Shown here one piece after another: positions 44,926 to 54,000 of a stretch of 64,000 bases of DNA. Source of the stretch: a virus. Each line of letters begins with the position of its first letter. Positions within the stretch are counted from its first letter, which is position 1. A program made the translations under genes and the position numbers. The stretch is from the IMG/VR virus record IMGVR_UViG_3300007539_000009, positions 64,001 through 128,000 of that record; one strand, written 5' to 3'. The notes beneath the pieces were generated by a model, which had not been told where the DNA came from, ran no database searches, and saw nothing but the letters and a program-made list of their open reading frames with translations.

Positions 44926-47264
44926 CAGATCAGCCCGCCGGTGTAGCGAACAAAGACTTCCCAGTCGACGTCGATCACTGCCAACCCAGAAGAGGCAGCA
45001 AACGCGGTAATCAGCACGCTGTCCGAATCAGCGACGTACGAGATGTCGCCCACGTTGGTGGACCGGTTGGCCTCGGCCACCTGCGCAGTGCGTGCTACCA
45101 GCTCTCCTAGCGTGGCTTCCTTGCGTGTGCCCAGCTGCTGGCCCAGACCGAGGGTTGCACCCTCAGTCGCGTTCTGCGTGGCGTACGCACGTCCACGCTC
45201 GGTGTACCCGCGCAGCGTTGCGATGCCCTCTGGCGCCTTGGTGAACGGGAGCACGGTGTACGAACCTACCGATGCTCGAGCGTTCCACACCGTGTGCGTG
45301 ACCGTGGCCGAAGCGCCGATCAGCACGTAGTACAGACCGATCTGATCCACGTCAGGACCGACAGTGACGTCTGTAGTGGTGTAGAGCTCGCCTGTTGTTT
45401 GCTGAGCAAACGACTCGACCTTGTTCTTGAGCGCTAGCTCACCGCCGACTCTGGTGTACTGCGCAATGCCGATACCCAAGGCAGCAGCCGCGCTGGTTTC
45501 AAAGTTGGTGGCAAACGTGATGGAACGCCCATTGAGCTCGAACGCCGCAGGTATGCGGTACTCAAAGATCAGTCGCTGACCATCGCCTTCAACCGTGGTG
45601 AGCTTTAGCGCAGTGCTCGCGTCGTTGTCTGTCGTAGCTCGCGTGATGCGCTTGACCGTGTCGCCTGAGACGCCAGGGCCAAACTCAGTCACCTGCCAAC
45701 CATCAGCGAGGTTGGGCTCGTCCTGCACCTCACTGACTACAAACGACAGGTCGTTTTGGGTGGCGAGGTCAGGCAGTGAACCACCTGACGTGTAACGCGA
45801 CCAGTAGTAGAAATTGCCGTTGGCGATCAGGTTGCGCGTGGCGCTGTTGCGCAGCGACTCGATACCAAGCTCACCCACCGTGGCAGCGTTGAGCACGTTG
45901 CCGTCCAGGTTGATCAGCACGCCAAGGCTAAAGAGCTTGGCCACCTTGTTGATGAACCCACCCGTAGGTACACGCAGACGCAGGTAGAGCTTCTTCGCGC
46001 CGCTGTCAGGGACGCGCACGATCTCACCAGGCCGGTACGTCTGAGACGTGAACCCGGCTGTAGGGCTACTCGTGGAGTACTGGAAGCGCAAACCGCTGAA
46101 TGCAGTGTCTGCGCTCACGCAGAAGTGCTGAACCTTGGTGATAGTTGACCCGGACAGCAGATCAGCCGTGGTGATAGCGACTGTCTCAGTAGGTAGCGAA
46201 CCACCGCCTGTCCACGTGATCTTGAGCGACGTGTCCGTTGAGTCGATCGTGGCGGTGAGGTCAGAGCTGTCTTCAGCCTCAGCAAGCTCGACTGTGTTGA
46301 GCTCGATCAGCTCGTCGTCCTTGAACTGAATAACGTGCAGGCTCGAGAACACAGAGTCAGCCAGCCAGTCCTTGTAGTCGTCTACCTCAACGCGGCTGGC
46401 CAGTCGGCGAGCAAACGGCACGCGGATGTCCTCGAGTTCCACAAGGCGGACTGAGGCGTCTGTCTTGCGTGCTAGGACAATCGCTACGGGCAGCACGTCC
46501 ACAGAGAGGTCCGGCAGGTCTGCTTTGGTAGCTGCTTCACCTACGAACGACACCAGGCCCTCATCAGTCACACCAACGAGGTAGTAGCGCTCTTCGTTAG
46601 CTGTGAACGAGTTGGCGTCCAAGATGTCGGTGTAGCCGCCGTCAAACCGGATGATCTCGGTGCCATCGACGTTCGCCATGACGCCTGCGTACACGAACAG
46701 GCGGCGGTTGTCGTTGGGGTCGATCTCAGGCTTGAGTGCTGCAACGTCTACAGGTGAGCTGAGCCACCTAGCCTTGGGCACATGCAGCACGTCAGTGGCG
46801 AGCACCTGCGCAGAAGCAGAGCCAGCGAACGCGGACTGCGGCCGGATCGTGACGTAGGCCAGAGGGATCTGGAAGTCGCTCTGCGTCGTAGGCGCAACCG
46901 CTGCAGTGGAGAGGTTTGTCTGGTTCCTGCCCTTGATGACGCGATAAGTCTGCTTGACATCAGATGAGGCGGAGAACTGATACTCAGCCACCACCAGGTC
47001 AATGCGCGTCAGTGCAGCGTCAGCCGGCTCAACAGCCACGGCTGCCAAGATGTCCGTTGACTCCTTAATGACCACGCCCTCTGTCGTGGCCAAGATGCTC
47101 ACCCCATCACCCCCGCGCGTGATGTCAAGCAGGTTGGTCTGCCCTGGGTTCGGGCGAACGCGATAGCCTGCGTACACGCCGGGGTCGATGATGCCCACAA
47201 AGCGCTGGTTCTGCAGCGCTGAGGTATCGAGGGCGTGGAACGCAGTTGTGATCGTCTGGGTCAT
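44925..47264 (-). CDS. Tail or baseplate-associated structural protein with CBM-like domain
   Basis: 779 aa; RIDLVVAEY...QIPLAYVTI fibre-attachment-like N-terminus; NLIANGNFYYWSR CBM-like start. Confidence 0.65.
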   Translation of the reverse strand: MTQTITTAFHALDTSALQNQRFVGIIDPGVYAGYRVRPNPGQTNLLDITRGGDGVSILATTEGVVIKESTDILAAVAVEPADAALTRIDLVVAEYQFSASSDVKQTYRVIKGRNQTNLSTAAVAPTTQSDFQIPLAYVTIRPQSAFAGSASAQVLATDVLHVPKARWLSSPVDVAALKPEIDPNDNRRLFVYAGVMANVDGTEIIRFDGGYTDILDANSFTANEERYYLVGVTDEGLVSFVGEAATKADLPDLSVDVLPVAIVLARKTDASVRLVELEDIRVPFARRLASRVEVDDYKDWLADSVFSSLHVIQFKDDELIELNTVELAEAEDSSDLTATIDSTDTSLKITWTGGGSLPTETVAITTADLLSGSTITKVQHFCVSADTAFSGLRFQYSTSSPTAGFTSQTYRPGEIVRVPDSGAKKLYLRLRVPTGGFINKVAKLFSLGVLINLDGNVLNAATVGELGIESLRNSATRNLIANGNFYYWSRYTSGGSLPDLATQNDLSFVVSEVQDEPNLADGWQVTEFGPGVSGDTVKRITRATTDNDASTALKLTTVEGDGQRLIFEYRIPAAFELNGRSITFATNFETSAAAALGIGIAQYTRVGGELALKNKVESFAQQTTGELYTTTDVTVGPDVDQIGLYYVLIGASATVTHTVWNARASVGSYTVLPFTKAPEGIATLRGYTERGRAYATQNATEGATLGLGQQLGTRKEATLGELVARTAQVAEANRSTNVGDISYVADSDSVLITAFAASSGLAVIDVDWEVFVRYTGGLI

Positions 47265-47618
47265 CTAATCTTCTACCAGGGCGGTCCACACGAGGTGCAT
47301 GAACATACCCCATTCTGGGCCGTGGGGGCGCAGTCTCCCTGATTCCGTGCCCCACCCAAGCGCGTGCGCCCACTCGTGCGCAATGACGTGCTGTAGGGCA
47401 TCTGTGTGGAGGTTGCGGTCAATGACCATCCTGAACTTCTTCGGATTGCCGTTCTCGTCAAATAGCAGATGGAGGTACGCCTGGTTGTCCTTTCCAGGAT
47501 TCCCAGTGCGTACCTCCACGGGCACGATCGGCGGTAGCTCTAAACGCAGGATGCGCAGGAACTCTCGCAGCTTCTTTCGCCCGTAAGGGCTACTAAGCAG
47601 CTTGTTCTCCGTCTCCAC
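47265..47618 (-). CDS. SprT-like zinc metalloprotease
   Basis: VIAHEWAHAL (HExxH) followed by HGPEW. Confidence 0.75.
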   Translation of the reverse strand: METENKLLSSPYGRKKLREFLRILRLELPPIVPVEVRTGNPGKDNQAYLHLLFDENGNPKKFRMVIDRNLHTDALQHVIAHEWAHALGWGTESGRLRPHGPEWGMFMHLVWTALVED

Positions 47619-48690
47619 CAGCGAGCCCGTAGGTGAGGAAGATGGGCATATCAGCGATCATGCCGTGCTTCGCATTGAAGAACTGAAGTCGCTGGCGCGG
47701 AGTGGTGGAGCTGGAGAGCCTCTCTAGTGCATAGTCGTTGTCCGACTCAGTAGTGCCGTTGCAGAACCACCAGCGTCCGTTGAGGTCGCCCTGCTTGTAG
47801 ACGTGGAAGTGGCCGAAGTAGAGGTTGTCCCACGGCTCTCGAATGGAGTCGCGCCAACCCATCATCTGACGAGCGAACGCCGGTCCGCCGATCATCCCTC
47901 GGATCTGATGTCCGTGGATCATCAGGTTGGTAGTGTTGAACACCGTGTCCAGCGCGTAGAAGCTCGGAGGGATGTTGAACGTGACGCGCTCCAACGTGTC
48001 AGCTCGCTGGTTGACTTCGGTGCCGTGCACCATCATCCGCACGATCTCATAGCAGACCGTGTCCCAGTTGGTCTCTGGGTGCGACCCTGAGTGCTTAGAG
48101 GCCGGGCGGCCGTGGTTGCCAGCCACGCAGACCACGTGGATCTTCTCGACCACTGACAGCAGCGAGACGATCACCTCTGTGATCGCGTACGGCACGTCAC
48201 GGACACTCTGCTTGATGACGCTGGTGTCGATCAAGTGTGGCTGGTGCGGGAAGATGACCTCACCTTCCACCATGTCACCACCCAGGTAGAGCCGAAGCTC
48301 TTTGATGGTGGCCATCGACTTCCGCAGCTCTATGATCTTCGCTGTCTTACTGGCCAGCTCTTTCAGCCGGCCGATCCCGATAGCGGTGTCGTATGTCTCA
48401 GTGATCTTACCCATCTGGGTGTCACTGATGTGCAGCACCGGGACCTCCTCGTCACCTTTCCCGTGCTTCTTGGGTTTAGGTACCGATATGCGCGGCAGAT
48501 CCTCGTCAAAGGCTTCCTGCACAGCACCCAGCACAATAGAAGCGCCCCGACCTGCGACTGTGAGTCGCTGCCGCAGGCTGGCATTCTCTTTCTTTAGGAC
48601 CCTGATCTCTTCGGTGTCATCGCGGTGCTGAGCAGAGGCCCACTGCTGTACGTCGAAGTCGTCAATCTCCTCCGGCTCACTACTGGCCAT
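47593..48690 (-). CDS. Calcineurin-like metallophosphoesterase with N-terminal coiled coil
   Basis: HISDTQMG, LGGDMVEG, AGNHG, IHGH, YFGHFH motifs. Confidence 0.85.
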   Translation of the reverse strand: MASSEPEEIDDFDVQQWASAQHRDDTEEIRVLKKENASLRQRLTVAGRGASIVLGAVQEAFDEDLPRISVPKPKKHGKGDEEVPVLHISDTQMGKITETYDTAIGIGRLKELASKTAKIIELRKSMATIKELRLYLGGDMVEGEVIFPHQPHLIDTSVIKQSVRDVPYAITEVIVSLLSVVEKIHVVCVAGNHGRPASKHSGSHPETNWDTVCYEIVRMMVHGTEVNQRADTLERVTFNIPPSFYALDTVFNTTNLMIHGHQIRGMIGGPAFARQMMGWRDSIREPWDNLYFGHFHVYKQGDLNGRWWFCNGTTESDNDYALERLSSSTTPRQRLQFFNAKHGMIADMPIFLTYGLAGGDGEQAA

Positions 48691-49012
48691 CGATCTGCTC
48701 CCACAGCTTCGGCTCGCACTGCTTCATGTGCCTCTTCAGGGTGCTGATGCTACGCTCGAAGTTGAACTGCCGCTTTAGCATCTGATACGTAGCTTCGATC
48801 CCTGCTTGAGATTCCCCGCTAGCACGCAGCTCCATGATCCGGCGAACGACCGGCACGATGTCAGGCCGATCGCAGACGCTGCAGCGGTGAGGGCGAGAGC
48901 GCGAGGAGGGCTGCTCTTTAGCCCACTGCTCTACGTCGAAGTCTTCTGTTGACTTCTTGGACCGACGCTTAGCCGCCGGTCGTGCTTTCTTGGCGCGCTT
49001 CTTAGTGACCAT
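48680..49012 (-). CDS. Small basic protein with C/H zinc ligands and HTH-like helices
   Basis: HRCSVCD...STLKRHMKQC; Lys/Arg-rich N-terminus. Confidence 0.7.
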   Translation of the reverse strand: MVTKKRAKKARPAAKRRSKKSTEDFDVEQWAKEQPSSRSRPHRCSVCDRPDIVPVVRRIMELRASGESQAGIEATYQMLKRQFNFERSISTLKRHMKQCEPKLWEQIDGQ

Positions 49013-49116
49013 AGCTCTTTGGTAGTGTTAGAGACCCCGGACACTGCGAGTGTGCCCACTACCAAAGTGTATGTATCTGACCGCTAAGGTGCCGGTCAGG
49101 GTCACCGTCAGCTTGG

Positions 49117-49668
49117 CTACGACAGCGTCAGCGTCAGCGACCAGCGCACTACGAGGTACTCCAGCGTGCTTTTAGGGAACTTCTTAGCACGCGTTTCACC
49201 CGCAGCAGGCTCTGTCACGTAGTGCGAAATCAGCGTCTGGTTGGCCGACTCAAGCCCTAACTCGTTGAGTGAGCCGGTCGTTGCCTCTGATGGCTTAGCA
49301 ATCGCCACATACGTGAAGGTGTTGGGGTCCGCTGCCTCGTCGTAGACCACCTGTACGATGGGCAGGCGCGCGATGACTTGGCGCACCTCGGTGTCTGTGG
49401 CAGCCGGAGCGACCCGAGCACCGCTGTCCAGCTTGCTCACCTGCTCGAGGTCACCGCCTGTGCCGATCACCACGTTCTGCGGAATGTACGCCGCGATGTC
49501 TCGACGCATCAGCCCAACCAAGACGGTCTCGGCACTGTTGACCACCAAGTTATCTCCGGTGAAACCGCCAAGGTACGCATCAGTAGAGGCGTCATGGAGT
49601 GGGCCGGCGTACTTGGCTACGTGCACCCGTCCCTTGAGACTCACGCGTGTGTTGTCGTTGACGTACAT
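49117..49668 (-). CDS. Tail/baseplate protein (fibre-attachment-like)
   Basis: Start MYVND (TGATG overlap at 49668); DNLVVN, VVIGTG, LNELGL, FPKST motifs typical of myovirus baseplate-linked proteins. Confidence 0.7.
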   Translation of the reverse strand: MYVNDNTRVSLKGRVHVAKYAGPLHDASTDAYLGGFTGDNLVVNSAETVLVGLMRRDIAAYIPQNVVIGTGGDLEQVSKLDSGARVAPAATDTEVRQVIARLPIVQVVYDEAADPNTFTYVAIAKPSEATTGSLNELGLESANQTLISHYVTEPAAGETRAKKFPKSTLEYLVVRWSLTLTLS

Positions 49669-51080
49669 CAGCTCACCAGGTTGACGGCACCGGCACGGAT
49701 GGCGGTAGCCAGGATGATCAGCCGACCAGACTGCGCAAAGTCGCCTGCGTTGTACTGCGGGTTGGACAGGTCTTGAGCGAAGTCGAAGGCAGGTCCGGTC
49801 ACAAGACATGCTCCCAGCTGGCCAATCTCCAGGTCGAACACGTTGGTGCCACGAACATGGGCACGCGCGCCGAGTGTCTGGTTCTGCCCATCTTTGAAGT
49901 ACATGTGCCAACCTGTTTCGATGCCGTCGTTAGTGTTGCCGGTCACTAGATTCGGCGGCTGCCACAGCACGTTGACACTCAGGATCTTGGCCACAGTCAC
50001 CGGCGTACCACCTACCACCGGCGGAGTCAGCTCGTAGGCTACCGACGTGCTAAGCAGTGCAGGCGCGAGATCCAGCACGAACTGCTGAACGATGAGACCT
50101 GAGTCAGCCAGCGGGTGAATATGGTCTGAGCGTGCAGCGGTGTCTGCCGTGCCATTCTTTGCGCTTGCCTGCAAGAAGGCTACGCCGAGCTTCTCGATAC
50201 CGCCGTCATCTACGACTGTCAGCGAATCAAACCGATTGATGTCGATAGTCGCTGTGCGCCCATTGGTCTGGATCTGGGCCGGGACGTTAGACCCAGTCAC
50301 GGAGATCGATAAGTAGCCCGCAGTATCCGCTGCTTGCACATCGAGCACGGCTTCATCTATAGCCGTGAACGCTCCAGCAGGCATGAGACCAGGACGACTA
50401 CCACCTGGCTGCGCTGCGTCGAGCGCCGCCACCTGGATAGCGTCACCACCTCCAGGCAGGTGCGTAGCTGCGTGGTCGTCAACGGGCACCGACACTCCGC
50501 CAGGGAGGCTGTACACGTCTGTGCTGTTGCCCAGCACTGTCAACTCGCTTCCGGACGGCGCTGTGTTGTCGTACTGGACCGTTGCCAGCTTGACGAAGCC
50601 TACGTCTGTCGCCCCAAGCACCGGATCTGCGATAGTAACAACAAGCGAGCTGTTGGAGATATACGAGACTCGTGACGTCGGAAGCGTTTGGGTGACCGTC
50701 TCCGCATCCTGCTGAACAATGACCTGAGTCAGCGGGTCCGTAGACGTAAAGTTCCTGGTCTGCAAGACCTCTTGTCTACCCGCAACCAAGAACACGCCCA
50801 CCTGTGTCGGCTCTGCTGCTGAGACGGTGATCTGGCGAACGTCCTCACTGGTCTGGACGATCACACCGTTCACTGCAAAGTACTGCGCCGGAACAGTAAT
50901 AGTCAGCACTGTTCCTGCCAGCTCAGCAGTGGGGATGATGTTGTCGAACAACACCTTCCCTGTGCCTGATGAGGTGGTAGCGCGCAGCAGCCTGTCGACC
51001 TCTTCCTCCGTGAAGTTGTGGAGGTTGTTGAGGTCCTCAACCAGAGCTCGCTGGCCTTGTGCGAAGGTGATCTTCTTCAT
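49668..51080 (-). CDS. Tail/baseplate structural protein
   Basis: 470 aa; MKKITFAQGQRALVEDLN N-terminus, HAATHLPGGGDAI and ARSDHIHP fibre-like motifs. Confidence 0.65.
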   Translation of the reverse strand: MKKITFAQGQRALVEDLNNLHNFTEEEVDRLLRATTSSGTGKVLFDNIIPTAELAGTVLTITVPAQYFAVNGVIVQTSEDVRQITVSAAEPTQVGVFLVAGRQEVLQTRNFTSTDPLTQVIVQQDAETVTQTLPTSRVSYISNSSLVVTIADPVLGATDVGFVKLATVQYDNTAPSGSELTVLGNSTDVYSLPGGVSVPVDDHAATHLPGGGDAIQVAALDAAQPGGSRPGLMPAGAFTAIDEAVLDVQAADTAGYLSISVTGSNVPAQIQTNGRTATIDINRFDSLTVVDDGGIEKLGVAFLQASAKNGTADTAARSDHIHPLADSGLIVQQFVLDLAPALLSTSVAYELTPPVVGGTPVTVAKILSVNVLWQPPNLVTGNTNDGIETGWHMYFKDGQNQTLGARAHVRGTNVFDLEIGQLGACLVTGPAFDFAQDLSNPQYNAGDFAQSGRLIILATAIRAGAVNLVS

Positions 51081-51092
51081 GGAGTCTGGGCG

Positions 51093-54000
51093 TCAGCCAG
51101 CAACAGTAGCGACTACCTCAAAGGTAGCCTGGTTGTCAGAGTTCACAGGGATACCAGTCGGGTCGACCATAGCCATGAGCTCGACTACAGCCATCATCTC
51201 GCCATCAGGGTAGTAAGACACCGGCTCCCACTGCGTCGTGAGCGCCTCGCCGGTTACCGGATGTTTGATCTTCAGCGGCGACGTGTCAGAGTACTTGAGC
51301 CCTGCAGGCAGCGGGATCGTACCGCGTACTAAGATTGATCCGCTGTACGTCGCGGGCATGTTGATAATCAGTAGTCCGACTGTCGTATCGCCAGGACCAA
51401 TCGTGTTGAAGTTACTGTCCTGGAACGCAGCTGTGATCTCTAGTGACGTAAGTGTGTCGTCAGCACTAGGAACACCGTAATCAACAAGCCCACTCAGTAG
51501 GTTCGAGGTGTACGCACCGCTGGTAACAGCCTCGAATACGTTGTCGGCCGCGATCAAGAGGTAGATTCTGGAGCTGAGATACTCCTCTTTTGCTACGTCG
51601 CCTGAGCCGTTGATGTTGGCGTCCAGCCGCACCGGGTCGAGCTCCACTAACTGGCTGGACGAAGCCAGCGTGTTGCCGACAATCCTAGCTACACGGCAGC
51701 CGGCAACCATCAAAGCAGTCAAGCTAAATCTCGGGTCGATGAACGGCCAGGTGCTGCGATATCGGTACAAGAGATCCGCCCGAACACGGTCCCCGCTAGA
51801 GCCCACAGCTTCTCCGACGCCAGGGTTACTGACTGCGGCAAAGCTACGGTTACGCGCAGGCACATCGACTGACCAAGCACCAGTGCCGTTGGCTACACCA
51901 GACGTAGGAGCCAGATTTTCGATGTCGTTGATCCGAATGATGTTGCCCTCGATGTTGAGGTTGCCTACCTGCTGGTTGCCGCCACGGATATCAAACACGC
52001 CGTAGGCTGTGGAGCCTACCAGCTCAGGCGCGAACGTCCCGTCGAACACAGGCGGGTAGAACGTCTGACTCCCTCCAGTGACCGGGTGGACGTCGGAGCC
52101 GGGCAGCACTGGCCACGTGTTGATGAGGTTCTGGAACTCAGTAGGCAGCGGCGCACTAGGGTCGGTGGGGCCGAACGCCATGACACCCTCGACGATGTCT
52201 TGGTACGAGATCAGCGGTACCCCATCTCGATCTGTCAAGTAGACCGGCCAGTGCTCGTAGTACGCCGTGTTGTTGCGGAACGTGAACTGCGGCCCGTCGT
52301 TCACGTCAACACCGTTACCGCACATGTACCGTAGGTGACTCAGGTTCAGGTTGTAGCCAAGGCGGATGTTGTTGTTCTCGATCCGCACCTGGCCGTACTG
52401 ATGGCCTGATATGTCCACAGCCGACTCGGCGTGCGAGAGGCCCGTATCCCTGATCACGTTGTCTGTGATTAACAGCGTGCCCCACGACGGTCCGCCAGTA
52501 TCGGAAGAAATCGTTCCCGGAGCGGTCAACAGGTCCCGGTCTGGCGGTCCGAACTGGTTGCCAGTCAACCTGCTCAGTACGCGAACACCTGAACGACCAC
52601 ATAGACGGATAGTGCTGAACTCGACCAGCGTCTCATCGCCGCCTACGTTGCGCAGTTCAATGCCGTGGCGCTGAGCAATGTTGACAACGCTGCCACCGCT
52701 CCAAACGAAGTCCCAGACGTTACGGGCGGTCACGCCCCACAGAGACTCGCGGCCACCACCGTACACCAGGTTCGGGACGTTGCTCGGGTCCGGATACAGG
52801 TCGGCCACCGTCTCGTCATAGTTGGGATGGGACGGATCGCCAGGCCAACCAGGGAAGAACGGGCCACCTGGCTGATCGCCTGAGCCAACACGCAACGGCG
52901 GCCGGTTGTCATCGACCTCGAAGAAGTCTTCTCCGTCCTGCGTATTCCCTACTACCGCGTTCAGCACCGTGGCATGCGAGTAGTTGGGGTAATACACATC
53001 TGCTTCAGTCGCAGCCCCAGGGTAAATTCCGTCGTTGAACGACTGTGTTGGGAACGACTCAGGACCGCCGTATGCGTAGATGTAGAAAGGTACATCTACG
53101 GGATTGATAGCCGGGTTGCTGGGCGTGAACCGGAGTGTGATCGGTGCGCCAAACTTGCCGCTAAACGCCGAGGTCACGGCGGCGATGGAATCGGCCGTAA
53201 CTTCTAGGCGAAGCTGTGTAGCCAGCAGGCCCCCGCGCACAGTCCAAGCGGCCGGATCCTCGCCAGGCGTCGCTGCGATCACTTCCCACTGGTTGCCTGC
53301 GACAAGCGGCGTTGAATCAGCAACAGTGATACTCACCGTACCGATCGTCGAGCTGTCTAGATCAACTACGCCGTCATCATCAGTGAACTTGATGACGGTA
53401 GAGAACACCTCAGTACTCAGTCGATTAGCGCCGAACGCTGTGTTGTACGCGGCATCGCGCGGGAATACCCATACGTCACTGTGCTTGGCCACCAGCACAG
53501 CCTGCGTAGCGACCGGATACGTCACGCCGTCCCGGAACTCGAGGTTCAGTAGACGTCGAGCACGTCCATCCGGAAGCTGCGGATCATCAAACACTACGTC
53601 GAGGTTGTAGATAGCAGCCACGCTCGCACTTGTAATGCGAGCGAGCAGCATACCGCCACCTACGGGTAGCGTGATCGTATTGCCGAAGGTCAACTGCTGG
53701 TTACCAGCCGACGTAAGGAAGTTGATTACGCCTGTGCTGCCAAAGCCACCTCCGCCGATGTAACGCACAGTTGCAGTACGCCGCAGCGGATTACCCGGAG
53801 CGTTGTCGTATGTGTCGGGATCAGGGTCTCCGTAGCCAGACCAGAACACTTCGTCCGGCGCTGTGTACAGCGAGTTGTTGACGTAGTACTTCGGGTCGTT
53901 AACGTTGCTGACGCCTGCCGTGGCTGTCGGCGGGGCGAAGCCAAAGACGAAAGCATTAGGCCGTGTCCGCGACATAGGCAGCAGGCTGACGTCGAACGCA

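Noticed and set aside
17060-49040. GGGTCT hexamer in three intergenic elements (~17066, ~19523, ~49033)
   Set aside because: Too short, with inconsistent spacing to start codons; compatible with chance.
49669-49911. Track start for the 49117-49911 ORF
   Set aside because: The extension overlaps the upstream gene; MYVND at 49668 gives a clean TGATG junction.
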